Source of the DNA: an uncultured Atopobium sp.
GTDB taxonomy: Bacteria; Actinomycetota; Coriobacteriia; Coriobacteriales; Atopobiaceae
Assembly: GCA_963518165.1 (NCBI GenBank)
Contig: CAUQHX010000003.1
Location: 34,480-98,479 of the forward strand
Length of the DNA stretch: 64,000 nucleotides
Reading direction: 5' to 3'
Below the pieces are notes generated by a model. That model saw nothing but the letters and a program-made list of their open reading frames with translations. It did no database searches and had not been told where the DNA came from. Made by a program: the position numbers and the translations under genes. Of this stretch, positions 50,828-61,149 are shown one piece after another (the first letter of the stretch is position 1; every line of letters begins with the position of its first letter).

Positions 50828-52267
50828 ATGGCACAAGACTCGTTTGAGATGAATCCTACGCAATTAACGGCCCTAGAGAACGCCTCTATGCCACAAGATT
50901 CTGATGCCGAGTTTTCCATTCTTTCCGCAATGATTCTCTCGGAAGAGATTAGAGGAGAATGCCTCATTAGGCTTTCTTCCGAGGATTTTTATATTCCTTC
51001 TAATCAGATTATTTTCGAAGCTATTAAGTCACTGTTTGACAACAATAAGCCAGTAGACGTCATTTCGCTTGCTGACCACCTTAAAAGCAACGGCAAGTTT
51101 GAACGCGCTGGCGGAGCTGTCCGTTTAGCAGAGCTGGGAAACAACCCACTAGCTATGGTTGGTTGGGAAAACCATGCCAATATGCTGCATCGTGATACCA
51201 CGCTTAGAAAGATGATCAGCGCTTCTGCAAAGATTTCTGCGCTTGCCTACAATGCTCCAGAAGATACAAAGCAAGTTGTTGACCAGGCAGAGAAGCTCAT
51301 TTTTGATGTAACTAACAGAGATGTTCAGCAGTCTGAGCAGGGCATCGAAGACATCATGACTGATCTCTTTGAAGAGCTTCAGCAAAATGCTGGTAAAGAT
51401 GCGGCAGAGTTGGGCGTTCAAACTGGATTTGCAACCCTTGATAACCTTTTCCAGGGTCTTCGTCCTGGTCAGATGGTTGTTATTGGTGCTCGTCCTGGTG
51501 TTGGTAAGACTTCTTTTGCACTCAGCATGGCCTATAATGCTGCAGTTTCCGGTGCAACTGTTGCGCTCTTCTCGCTTGAGATGAGCAAGATTGAGATTGC
51601 TCAAAGACTTCTGGCTTCTGAGTCAAAAGTTGATTTGCAGACTATTCGTTCTTCTAACATCAGAAATGAGCAGTGGCCTACCCTTCTGGAGGCAGCAGAG
51701 CGTATTTCTCGCCTTAAAATCATCGTTGACGATACTCCAGGCACAACAGTCACAGAAATCCGCGCAAAAGCCCGCAGAATGCTTAATAAGGCCGAGAAGG
51801 GCGTCATTATCATCGACTACCTTCAGCTGCTTTCTCCGCCAGCCGAGAAGGGCCGTGCAGACAGCCGTGCAACTGAGGTTTCTGAGATGTCTCGCGGAAT
51901 TAAGATTATGGCTAAAGATCTCAAAGCGCCTGTTATTGCGCTTTCTCAGCTCAACCGTACGCTTGAGAACAGAAACGGTAAGCGTCCACAGCTTTCTGAC
52001 CTGCGTGAGTCCGGTGCTATCGAGCAGGATGCAGATATTGTTTTGCTTCTTGACCGCTCGCTGAGCGATGAAGAAGCTGCACGCGATGACCGTCCTGATA
52101 AAGACGTTACCAACATCATTGTTGCAAAGAACCGCGCAGGTGCTCTGAGGGATGTTCCTGTCATGTTTATGCCAACATCTACCAAGTTTGTTGAGATCTA
52201 CCAGGGAAATAATTACTCAGAAAGTGAAGCCGCTCAGTACGCCGCAATGGCAAACCCTGCACACTAA
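50828..52267 (+). CDS. dnaB: replicative DNA helicase
   Basis: GARPGVGKT, FSLEM, IIDYLQL, LSQLNR and DLRESGAIEQDAD. No intein. Confidence 0.97.
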   Translation: MAQDSFEMNPTQLTALENASMPQDSDAEFSILSAMILSEEIRGECLIRLSSEDFYIPSNQIIFEAIKSLFDNNKPVDVISLADHLKSNGKFERAGGAVRLAELGNNPLAMVGWENHANMLHRDTTLRKMISASAKISALAYNAPEDTKQVVDQAEKLIFDVTNRDVQQSEQGIEDIMTDLFEELQQNAGKDAAELGVQTGFATLDNLFQGLRPGQMVVIGARPGVGKTSFALSMAYNAAVSGATVALFSLEMSKIEIAQRLLASESKVDLQTIRSSNIRNEQWPTLLEAAERISRLKIIVDDTPGTTVTEIRAKARRMLNKAEKGVIIIDYLQLLSPPAEKGRADSRATEVSEMSRGIKIMAKDLKAPVIALSQLNRTLENRNGKRPQLSDLRESGAIEQDADIVLLLDRSLSDEEAARDDRPDKDVTNIIVAKNRAGALRDVPVMFMPTSTKFVEIYQGNNYSESEAAQYAAMANPAH

Positions 52268-52408
52268 TCGTTTCTTATGTGTGACAAAACCTTTGCGCTT
52301 CTGTGCTTTTGCCAGCGGTATTAGATATACTTATGAAGCAACCCCTAAAGAGGTTGCAACCGTCATGTAATGGTCGTGTTTGTAGATAGCTGCGATAGGG
52401 GAGAACTT

Positions 52409-53689
52409 ATGCCAGCTTCCGTACTTGTTGGTGCTCAGTGGGGAGACGAGGGTAAGGGAAAAGTTACCGACCTCATTTCCGGAGATTTTGACGTTGTTTG
52501 CCGTTACGCAGGTGGTGCAAATGCAGGCCACACGGTAATTGCTGGAGACACAAAGCTTGCACTTCACCAGGTTCCATCTGGCGTTATGTATGAGAATACC
52601 TATCCAGTTATTGGCAATGGCTGCATTGTTGATCCAGAGGTTCTTCTCGGTGAGATTGACATGCTGGAGAGCAAGGGTATTTCCTGCGATCTTCTTAAGA
52701 TTTCCGGCAACGCTCACATTGTTATGCCTTATCACAAAGATCTTGATGGCGTACACGAGAAAAAGCTGGGCAAGAATCTTATTGGTACCACCAAGCGCGG
52801 TGTCGGCCCAACTTACATGGACAAGATGAACCGTACTGGTCTTCGTATTCAGGACATGCTTGACGAGAAAATCTTCCGCAAGAAGCTTGAGGCTGCACTT
52901 GAGTACACCAATCCAATCTTGAGTCTTGTATATGGTCTTCCAACCTATACCGTTGATCAGATTTGTGAGACCTATCTGCCTTATGCAGACCGCATTCGTC
53001 CTTATATTGTTGAGTCTTCTCTCTTCCTCAACGAAGAGCTTGAGGCTGGCAAGAACATCCTCTTTGAGGGCGCTCAGGCAACCATGCTTGATATTGACCA
53101 CGGCACCTACCCATTTGTCACCTCTTCTAACTGCACCGCTGGTGGCGCGGTTACTGGTTCCGGCGTTGGTCCAACCAACATTGACCGTGTCTTGGGCATT
53201 GCAAAGGCTTACCTCACACGTGTTGGTTCTGGTCCATTCCCAACAGAGCTCTTTGACGAGACGGGCGATCTTCTCGGCGAAGTTGGCCATGAGTACGGTG
53301 TAACTACTGGTCGTAAGCGTCGCTGCGGTTGGTATGACGCTGTAGTTGTTAACTATGCAGCTCGTATCAATGGCCTCACTGACCTGGCAATCACCAAGCT
53401 TGACGTCCTCGGTTGCCTGGACGAGATTAAGGTTTGCGTTGCGTATGAGTGCGACGGCAAGATTTACAAGACCGTTCCAGAGCACCAGAGCGTCTTCTAT
53501 CACGCAAAGCCTGTGTACGAGACTCTTCCTGGTTGGAAGTGCGATATCTCTAACGTTCGCAACTTCTATCAGCTGCCTCGTGAGGCTAAGGACTACATTG
53601 ACTTCCTGGAGCAACTTGCTGGTGTACGCGTTTCTATCATCACCGTTGGTCCAGATCGCGAGCAGACAATCGACCGCTACTGGAGGTAA
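52409..53689 (+). CDS. purA: adenylosuccinate synthetase
   Basis: QWGDEGKGK, GGANAGHT and TTGRKRRCGW. SD GGGGAG. Confidence 0.97.
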   Translation: MPASVLVGAQWGDEGKGKVTDLISGDFDVVCRYAGGANAGHTVIAGDTKLALHQVPSGVMYENTYPVIGNGCIVDPEVLLGEIDMLESKGISCDLLKISGNAHIVMPYHKDLDGVHEKKLGKNLIGTTKRGVGPTYMDKMNRTGLRIQDMLDEKIFRKKLEAALEYTNPILSLVYGLPTYTVDQICETYLPYADRIRPYIVESSLFLNEELEAGKNILFEGAQATMLDIDHGTYPFVTSSNCTAGGAVTGSGVGPTNIDRVLGIAKAYLTRVGSGPFPTELFDETGDLLGEVGHEYGVTTGRKRRCGWYDAVVVNYAARINGLTDLAITKLDVLGCLDEIKVCVAYECDGKIYKTVPEHQSVFYHAKPVYETLPGWKCDISNVRNFYQLPREAKDYIDFLEQLAGVRVSIITVGPDREQTIDRYWR

Positions 53690-53692
53690 CCC

Positions 53693-55807
53693 GTGGCGTC
53701 TTCGGACTGCTCGACTTTTGCAATAGTTTGCGATAACCCCTGTGGGCTTGAAGCTTCCCAGCTTGAAGCCCTGGGGGTTTCTGTAATACCTGGAGCTTTG
53801 AGCTCAGATGCTGACAAGGTAGGCGAGTTCTATCGGGGTATTTTTGAGTCTGGAGCACAAAAGATTCTCTCGCTCCATGTGTGGGCAGATTTCTCTGATT
53901 CGCTTCTTACGGCACAAAAGGCTTGTCAGAATAATCCTGATATCTCAAGCTCAATTTGCCTGGTAGATAGTGGAAATATGCCTACCGCAATGGGAATCAT
54001 GCTTGAGCGCTTAAGCGTGGCAAGAGCATCTGGAGCTTCGTTTGAGGCAGCCTGCGCATACGCACACGAACTTGCCGAGGTAGTTGCCACAATGTATATC
54101 GCAATGAATAAGGTCGCGCTGCATAAAAGCAAGGACAAGCGCCCCAGGCTTTCGTTGCGACTTCGACTTGAGCGCTTGCATAGGCGCATTTCAAACGACA
54201 TGTATTTGTATCGTTTGGTTGGCGGAAAATGTACAGAGGTTGCTCGCTCGTCAGATTTTACCGATCTAGCAGCAAGAATTTCTCGCCTTATGAGCGCGTG
54301 TTTTGTAAAGCGTGGCGAGCTCAAATATGTAGTGATTTCAAGTGGCGAGAAACGCATAGAAAAGCATCTCAAAAAGCCGCTTAAAACTAATGAATATGAT
54401 GCAGAATGTATTGCAGAAAGACTTGCTTCTCCCGAGTTTAAAAAGAGACTGGGAGAAGGTTCTGTTGGCGTTGCTTGTATCCCAAAGGCGTTGTATCAGA
54501 AGGCTGGAGTACTTATGAATGACACCGTTGATATTTTGTTGCTTGGTGCGGGCGGTCGCGAGCATGCGCTCCTGACAAAGCTGCAAGAGTCACCTCGCGC
54601 TGGGAAAATTTACGTTGCTCCAGGTAACGGTGGCATGGCTGCTCAGGCAGAGGTTGCTCCCATTGATCAAAACAATCCTGATGAGGTTGTCGCGTTTGCC
54701 AAAGCAAAAGGCATTGGCCTGGTAGTCATTGGCCCTGAGGCACCTCTTGTTGTGGGTGTTGCAGACGCTGTTCGTCAGGCTGGTATTGCATGCTTTGGTC
54801 CTAACCAGAACGCAGCCCAGATGGAGGGCTCAAAGGCGTTTGCCAAGGGCGTTATGGAGCGAGCAAACGTTCCAACTGCTGCATGGAAGTCTTTCACCGA
54901 TCAAGCGTCTTGTGAGGCGTATGTTAACCAGATTGGCGCTCCTGTAGTTGTTAAAGCAGACGGTCTTGCCGCAGGTAAGGGCGTTATCGTTGCAACTGAG
55001 CTTGAGCAGGCTCTTGAGGGCGTTCGCGAGTGTTTCTCCGGCCATTTTGGTGATGCGGGAACAACCGTTGTTGTCGAGGAGTTCCTTGAGGGACCAGAGT
55101 GCTCGCTGCTTGCGTTGACTGATGGAACGTACGTTGTTCCGCTGGCAACAGCTCAGGATCACAAGCGCGCTTACGACGACGATAAGGGTCCCAACACTGG
55201 TGGCATGGGCGTCTATTCACCTGTTCCTTTTGTGACCGACGAAGAGCTTTCTCAGATGATTGCTATTGAGCAGCGCGTGGTTGACCAGCTCAAAAAAGAG
55301 GGCATTAACTATTCTGGCTGCCTTTACGGCGGATTTATGCTGACCAAAAATGGTCCTAAGGTTCTTGAGTTCAACGCTCGCTTTGGCGATCCAGAAACTC
55401 AGGTAGTACTACCTCGCCTTGAGGGAGACTTGGTTTCAATTTTGATGGCTTGTGATAACGGCACTCTTCGTCATCAGCAGGTTTCCTGGTCGGATACAGT
55501 TGCTGTTTCTGTTGTTCTCGCAAGCGCTGGATATCCTGGCTCTTACGAGAAGGGCAAGGAGATTACCGGTATCGAGGCTGCTCAGCAGCTTGAAGGCGTC
55601 TCTGTCTATCACGCCGGAACTGCTCAGACCGAGGACGGAAAGATTGTGACTGCAGGCGGTCGCGTACTCAACGTCACCGCGCTTGCCCCAACCTTTGAAG
55701 AAGCTCGCGCTCGCGCATACGAGGCCTGTGATCTGATTAATTTTGAGGGCAAGCAACTCAGGCACGATATTGGACTCAAGGCTCTTCAAAGCCGTCCAGA
55801 AAAATAA
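53693..55807 (+). CDS. purD: DegV-like domain fused to phosphoribosylamine--glycine ligase
   Basis: PurD starts at M275 (LLGAGGREHAL, KADGLAAGKGV, GPNTGGMG, RFGDPE). The N-terminal 274 aa resemble DegV. Confidence 0.9.
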   Translation: MASSDCSTFAIVCDNPCGLEASQLEALGVSVIPGALSSDADKVGEFYRGIFESGAQKILSLHVWADFSDSLLTAQKACQNNPDISSSICLVDSGNMPTAMGIMLERLSVARASGASFEAACAYAHELAEVVATMYIAMNKVALHKSKDKRPRLSLRLRLERLHRRISNDMYLYRLVGGKCTEVARSSDFTDLAARISRLMSACFVKRGELKYVVISSGEKRIEKHLKKPLKTNEYDAECIAERLASPEFKKRLGEGSVGVACIPKALYQKAGVLMNDTVDILLLGAGGREHALLTKLQESPRAGKIYVAPGNGGMAAQAEVAPIDQNNPDEVVAFAKAKGIGLVVIGPEAPLVVGVADAVRQAGIACFGPNQNAAQMEGSKAFAKGVMERANVPTAAWKSFTDQASCEAYVNQIGAPVVVKADGLAAGKGVIVATELEQALEGVRECFSGHFGDAGTTVVVEEFLEGPECSLLALTDGTYVVPLATAQDHKRAYDDDKGPNTGGMGVYSPVPFVTDEELSQMIAIEQRVVDQLKKEGINYSGCLYGGFMLTKNGPKVLEFNARFGDPETQVVLPRLEGDLVSILMACDNGTLRHQQVSWSDTVAVSVVLASAGYPGSYEKGKEITGIEAAQQLEGVSVYHAGTAQTEDGKIVTAGGRVLNVTALAPTFEEARARAYEACDLINFEGKQLRHDIGLKALQSRPEK

Positions 55808-55822
55808 TTGAGGTTAGCGCTT

Positions 55823-56668
55823 ATGGCAAATCAAAATGACGAGAAAACCAACGTACAGGATGGTGCTTGGACCAGCAATCAAGGCAGCTCTCAGTTTAGT
55901 GATGTGTTTGATGACATGCAGTCTACTGAGCCAGAGATTCTCGACGCTGACATGCAGGTAACTCCAGAGGTATTTGATTCTGCTCGCAATGATTTGCACT
56001 CAGCAGTTGATTCGCTTACCTACGACGGTGAGCGTGTTGCCGTGGGCGATGCTGCCTACCATCATTCGGGCGAGCCACAAAAGCGCAGCTTCGTCGCAGG
56101 TACAGAGGATGCGCGTGATGCCTCTCTAGAAGAGAAGCCACTCTCCGAGGACACCGTTTGGGTTGGACGCATTTTTGACGTGAATCGTCTGCGCGTTTCT
56201 CTTCCTGATGGACGCACCGCTCTTCGTGATGTTGTGCGTCATCCTGGCGCTGTAGCTATCGTTGCGCTGACTGATGAGGGAAGAATTTGCCTGGTTCGTC
56301 AGTATCGAACTGCACTTGGTCGCGTAACGGTTGAGCTGCCTGCAGGAAAGCTTGACCCAGGCGAGGACCCTCTGGATTGTGCTCACCGTGAGCTCTTGGA
56401 AGAGACCGGAATGAAGGCGGGAAAGATGGCTTTTCTCACCACTACCGCCACTTCCGATGGATTTACTGACGAGCTCATTCACCTTTATATGGCAACTGAG
56501 CTGACCTTTGAGGGATCAGATCCAGATGCCGACGAATTTATTAACGTTGATCTTGTTCCACTATCTGAGCTGGTAGATGCTGTTCTCGATGGCAAAATCG
56601 AGGACGCAAAGACCATCATTGGAGCTCTTATCTGCGATTCAATTTCACACCGATTGCCTATGGAGTAA
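55823..56668 (+). CDS. NUDIX hydrolase (ADP-ribose pyrophosphatase-like)
   Basis: Nudix box GKLDPGEDPLDCAHRELLEETG, plus HPGAVAI and IEDAKT. Confidence 0.9.
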   Translation: MANQNDEKTNVQDGAWTSNQGSSQFSDVFDDMQSTEPEILDADMQVTPEVFDSARNDLHSAVDSLTYDGERVAVGDAAYHHSGEPQKRSFVAGTEDARDASLEEKPLSEDTVWVGRIFDVNRLRVSLPDGRTALRDVVRHPGAVAIVALTDEGRICLVRQYRTALGRVTVELPAGKLDPGEDPLDCAHRELLEETGMKAGKMAFLTTTATSDGFTDELIHLYMATELTFEGSDPDADEFINVDLVPLSELVDAVLDGKIEDAKTIIGALICDSISHRLPME

Positions 56669-56674
56669 TTACGC

Positions 56675-58483
56675 ATGCTTGATCGTTCTTCTCGCCCTGT
56701 ACCTGGTAACAACGCTTCTGGCAAACATCGCAAATCGCTGTTTGCCAGTTTTCTTTCTTATTACGCTCCGCAAAAGCACCTGTTCATTCTGGACACTATC
56801 TGCGCCATCATTTTGGCTTGCATTGAGCTGGCATTCCCTCAAATTCTGCGATCGCTCACAAAGGGACTGTTTACGCAGGGTAAAGATGCTATTCTTGGCA
56901 GCTTGGTATTTATTGCCGTCGGTCTTGTTGTGATGTATTTTGTTCACTTTTTGTGCCGCTACTTTGTTATTAGCTGGGGACACATCATGGGTGCCCGCAT
57001 GGAAAGCAAGATGCGAGAAGACCTGTTTGACGCGTACGAGCGCATGAGTTTCTCGTATTATGATCGCCACAAGACGGGTGACCTAATGAGTCGCCTGGTA
57101 TCTGACTTGTTCGACATTTCCGAGACGGCTCACCACGGTCCCGAGTATCTGATTATTGGCTTGCTCGAGATTGCTGGCTCTTTTGTTATTCTGACTTTTA
57201 TCAATGTGCCTCTTACGCTGGTGCTTGCTGGAATTGCCGCCGCGTTAGTGGTGTTCAATTTCTTTGCCAACATGCACATGCGCGGTATTTTTAAAGAGAA
57301 CCGCATGCGCATTTCTGACGTAAATACCCAGCTAGAAGACTCGCTTTCTGGCATTCGCGTGGTTAAGGGTTTTGCGGCAGAAGATCACGAGCGCAAGAAA
57401 TTTAGGGCAAGCAACTCCGCATACTTAGACTCCAAAGCCAACATGTACCACGCAATGGGCAGGTATCAGGCTGCTATTTCTGGCATGATGGGCGTTTTGA
57501 ACACTGTCGTGTTGGTTTTGGGTGGTTGGATGATTGCTCAGGGTCAGATGCAAGCCATTGACCTGGCTACGTATGCGCTCTACATCTCGCTGTTCACCAC
57601 GCCAATCATGAACATTCTGAACTTTACCGAGACATTCCAGAAGGGCCTTGCTGGTTTTAAGCGTTTCTCGGAAATTCTTGAGACTCAGCCAGATATTCAA
57701 GATGCGCCTGATGCTCACGACATTCAGATTACCGCTGGCGATATCATCTACCAGGACGTTCATTTTTCTTACAACAATGCCGAAGATGTTATCAACGGCT
57801 TGAACCTTCATATTGAGAGCGGAAAAACCGTTGCGCTGGTTGGACCTTCAGGTGGAGGCAAATCCACTACCTGCGCTTTGTTGCCACGCTTCTATGATGT
57901 TACAAGTGGTAGCATCACCATTGACGGTCAGGACATTCGCTCCGTTACGCAACACAGTTTGCGCTCGGCAATTGGTATGGTCCAACAGGACGTGTACCTC
58001 TTTGACGGCACCATTGCGGAGAACATTGCATACGGTTGCCCTGAGGCATCCGCAGCTGATATTGCACTTGCCGCAAAGCGCGCGAACATCTCTGAGTTTA
58101 TCGAGTCGTTGCCTGATGGATACGATACGCAGGTAGGACAGCGTGGAACAAGGCTTTCTGGCGGACAAAAGCAGCGCATTTCCATTGCGCGCGTGTTCCT
58201 CAAGAACCCACCGCTGCTTATTTTGGACGAGGCTACTTCTGCTCTGGACAACGAGTCCGAACGTGCCGTTCAGGAATCCCTTTCTGAGCTGGCAAAGAAT
58301 AGAACCACGCTGGTCATTGCTCACCGCCTTTCGACAATTATGGGCGCTGATGAGATTGTTACCATCGACCACGGTCGTGCAGTTGAGCGCGGAACCCACG
58401 ATGAGCTGCTAGAAAAGGGTGGAATCTACGCTCATTACTATCAAATGCAGTTTGGTGGTGCGCCAAATCTCGCAAGGCGGTAA
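56675..58483 (+). CDS. ABC exporter (fused TMD-NBD, MsbA/MdlA type)
   Basis: GPSGGGKST, LSGGQKQR, DEATSALD and N-terminal TM segments. Confidence 0.93.
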   Translation: MLDRSSRPVPGNNASGKHRKSLFASFLSYYAPQKHLFILDTICAIILACIELAFPQILRSLTKGLFTQGKDAILGSLVFIAVGLVVMYFVHFLCRYFVISWGHIMGARMESKMREDLFDAYERMSFSYYDRHKTGDLMSRLVSDLFDISETAHHGPEYLIIGLLEIAGSFVILTFINVPLTLVLAGIAAALVVFNFFANMHMRGIFKENRMRISDVNTQLEDSLSGIRVVKGFAAEDHERKKFRASNSAYLDSKANMYHAMGRYQAAISGMMGVLNTVVLVLGGWMIAQGQMQAIDLATYALYISLFTTPIMNILNFTETFQKGLAGFKRFSEILETQPDIQDAPDAHDIQITAGDIIYQDVHFSYNNAEDVINGLNLHIESGKTVALVGPSGGGKSTTCALLPRFYDVTSGSITIDGQDIRSVTQHSLRSAIGMVQQDVYLFDGTIAENIAYGCPEASAADIALAAKRANISEFIESLPDGYDTQVGQRGTRLSGGQKQRISIARVFLKNPPLLILDEATSALDNESERAVQESLSELAKNRTTLVIAHRLSTIMGADEIVTIDHGRAVERGTHDELLEKGGIYAHYYQMQFGGAPNLARR

Positions 58484-58559
58484 AATAGAGCATTAGGTGC
58501 TTTGCGAAACGCGGTTTGCAGCAGCAATCGTTCTTCTCGCGATGCGCTTAACCGCAGGT

Positions 58560-58613
58560 TTGCGGTTTGCAATTTGCGGCTGCAACTTGTGGTTTGCAAC
58601 TTGCGGCCTGTAA
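58560..58613. repeat. 4 degenerate 13-14 bp tandem units TTGCGGTTTGCAA
   Basis: TTGCGGTTTGCAA t TTGCGGCTGCAA c TTGTGGTTTGCAA c TTGCGGCCTGTAA. Confidence 0.7.
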
Positions 58614-58695
58614 ACCGACGGGTGGAACAAAAGAGCAAAAGTCAACGCATCGCACGCTTTTAAGTGTGTTTATGCAGGTTGAATGAGAGAGCTAC

Positions 58696-59601
58696 ATGGC
58701 TAAAGATGATGCAGAACGTTCACGCTTCGCGCGCCGCCAGAGGGGCGCGCTTGATGCTGACGCAGCTGAAGAGTTGTTTACCAAGGTAGACGAGACGGGT
58801 CATCCTAACGAGGAACGCGCAGCTCTAGAGCGTGCTCGCAGGCAGGGTGGAGCTGCGGCGGTGGACGTTGATCCACTTTCGGGATCTGATCCTTCAGGCT
58901 CAAATATCGAGAAGGTCATTACAAAGACGGCAGTCTTATTTGTTTTGGTTTTCTTGGTAATCGTTGTTCTGATGCAGGTTTCTTGTGGTGTTATTCGTCG
59001 AGCTAACACAGCAAATTTAACTGAATCAGTTACGGTGCGATCTGTTGCATCTGCATTGCGTGGCGGTGTCGAGTGGGGTAATGGATTTACGCAGTTCCCC
59101 GAGGATTTCTCGGTTCAGGAAGCTGACGAGAACACTGGTCGCGTTGAGGTAACAGTTACCGATACGACCTCAAAAGACGTGCTTGAATGCTATGCGGGAT
59201 CCAGTGTCCAGGCTCAGGCATTTGCTATTAACGCGCTGCTCAACCCACGAATTAATACCGTTGTCTATCACGTCAGTGTTCACAGAAATGACCAAGGCGA
59301 GCTTCAGAAATCTCAGCTCTTTGGATTCCTTAAACCCGGTGGAGATGCAACACCTATCTTTACCTTTACGTTCTCAAAGACGCAGTCTTCTGATGGAGTA
59401 AATATCACCATGGTCATTACTGGTGCAAACGATACCATTCAAAAAGAATTGCGTGACCAGATTGCAACGTCATTTACGCCAGTTCGTGTGCTTGGCGGTA
59501 TTGTTGGTGGAGATTCTTCAACAAAGAAGAACACCACTACGAGCACCACCGGAACCACTAACAGCACAGGTACAAGCGACAGTTCTTCAAGCACTAAGTA
59601 G
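58696..59601 (+). CDS. single-TM hypothetical protein with Ser/Thr-rich tail
   Basis: 301-aa ORF with one TM (AVLFVLVFLVIVVLM), followed by a terminator. Confidence 0.8.
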   Translation: MAKDDAERSRFARRQRGALDADAAEELFTKVDETGHPNEERAALERARRQGGAAAVDVDPLSGSDPSGSNIEKVITKTAVLFVLVFLVIVVLMQVSCGVIRRANTANLTESVTVRSVASALRGGVEWGNGFTQFPEDFSVQEADENTGRVEVTVTDTTSKDVLECYAGSSVQAQAFAINALLNPRINTVVYHVSVHRNDQGELQKSQLFGFLKPGGDATPIFTFTFSKTQSSDGVNITMVITGANDTIQKELRDQIATSFTPVRVLGGIVGGDSSTKKNTTTSTTGTTNSTGTSDSSSSTK

Positions 59602-59631
59602 TCTACGGACCTGCAAGCAACAAAGCAAAAG

Positions 59632-59668
59632 AGCAAAAGAGCCGCTGAAGTCAGCGGCTCTTTTGCTT
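59632..59668 (+). terminator. intrinsic terminator
   Basis: AGCAAAAGAGCCGCTGA-AG-TCAGCGGCTCTTTTGCT. Confidence 0.8.
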
Positions 59669-59790
59669 GTGCTGTTGGAAGTGACTTATCGAGAGGTCGG
59701 CTCGCCTCAAAATGGTGGAGCGGCGAATGATTTGCACGTTAATTTGACTGAAAGTTATGGAATTGATGTTTCCAAGACGACTTTGGTCCC

Positions 59791-59960
59791 AAAAAGGTAA
59801 AAAAGCCGTTTAGTTGGAAGTTTTAATCTTTATGCATGACGATTTTGAGTGATTTTGATTTAGTAATGTGTCGCTTGATTAGCGCCAACTGGGCTTTTAG
59901 TAATATCAAATATGTAATCAATTTCTTCGATTTCCAACTAAACGGATTTTTTACCTTTTT
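59791..59960. repeat. 170-bp element bounded by 29-bp inverted repeats
   Basis: AAAAAGGTAAAAAAGCCGTTTAGTTGGAA (59791-819) and TTCCAACTAAACGGATTTTTTACCTTTTT (59932-960), 1 mismatch. Confidence 0.85.
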
Positions 59961-60056
59961 CGCCCTATTTTGAAGCTCAATTTTTGTTTGATAAAAAATG
60001 AAACGAATAAAGGGTCAGGAAAATGCATTTTCATGCATAACAGCGATTGCTTGCAT

Positions 60057-60093
60057 AAAAAATAGATGCCCACTCTATGTGAGTGGGCATCTA
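60057..60093 (-). terminator. pdxK terminator
   Basis: TAGATGCCCACTC-TATGT-GAGTGGGCATCTA preceded by an A-run. Confidence 0.75.
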
Positions 60094-60163
60094 TGGCAAA
60101 GAATCATGTTTGATTTAGCTGAAGCGTAAAGTTTTACACTAGCAACGCAGCTTGCGCGAGCTT

Positions 60164-61033
60164 TTACTCCTGCAGAAGCTGGGCAATTAGGCCAAGCTTT
60201 GTCTCAAACGAAACGCCACGAAGCTCAAAGTTTGGCTGCTCGCGAGTGATTTCCATGGACTCGCAGACAAACTCACCAGCGAACTCAACCGCGTCAGCGA
60301 TTTCCTGACCACACATAACTGCAGCTAAAAGCGCAGAAGCAAACAGATCGCCGGTGCCGTGCAGCATGTAGGGGAGAAGCTCGGAGACAATCTCGCCACG
60401 CTCGGACTCGGTAGCAACAAAGTTGCGAATAAGGCCATCACCGCGAACAATACCCTTAAGGACAACGCACTTTGCGCCCATCGCAAGCAGTGCATCAAGC
60501 AGCTCATCTACCTGCTCATCAGTCAAATCCTGACCAGCGTATGGAATGCCCGTTAGAATTGAAGCCTCAGTAAGATTTGGTGTCAAAATATCTGCACCAT
60601 TTACCAGGGATTTCATTGCATCACAAAGCTCTTGCGTATAGGTTGGATACATCTTTCCGCCGTCGCCCATAACTGGATCGACAACACGAAGCGCCTTTGG
60701 ATGCTCCTGGTACAAACGCTGAATGCTCGCAACCTGCTCAGCAGCGCCAAGGAAGCCAGAATAAATGGCGTCCAGGTCAATGCCTTCTTCCTGCCATGCA
60801 TCAAGATAGTCCTCGAGCATGTTGGTGGTGTCGTGCATGTAGAACGTAGGGAACTTGGTGTGTGCCGAGAAAAGCGACGTAGGTACTGGACAAACGTCAC
60901 ATCCCGCTGCCGACAGAACCGGAATAGCTACGCCAAGCGAGCATTTTCCGTATCCGCAGAGGTCATGCACTGCGGCGATGCGAGGGATGTACGAGCCTTC
61001 TCGCTGGTACAGAACAGAGTTGGTTTCATTCAT
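60164..61033 (-). CDS. pdxK: pyridoxal/pyridoxamine kinase
   Basis: [27 protein letters not shown] and HGTGDLFAS. Confidence 0.9.
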   Translation of the reverse strand: MNETNSVLYQREGSYIPRIAAVHDLCGYGKCSLGVAIPVLSAAGCDVCPVPTSLFSAHTKFPTFYMHDTTNMLEDYLDAWQEEGIDLDAIYSGFLGAAEQVASIQRLYQEHPKALRVVDPVMGDGGKMYPTYTQELCDAMKSLVNGADILTPNLTEASILTGIPYAGQDLTDEQVDELLDALLAMGAKCVVLKGIVRGDGLIRNFVATESERGEIVSELLPYMLHGTGDLFASALLAAVMCGQEIADAVEFAGEFVCESMEITREQPNFELRGVSFETKLGLIAQLLQE

Positions 61034-61149
61034 TACAGTTTCCTTTCACGTGGACTGATGGACCAACGTTCAAGAAAATCATACTCTATACTGTGAGATG
61101 GATATTTGACGTATCCGCCTATTTTATGAGACGTAACAAAGGAGCAGAG

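Noticed and set aside
61042..61057. Partial parS (TTTCACGTGGA)
   Set aside because: Too many mismatches in the outer positions.
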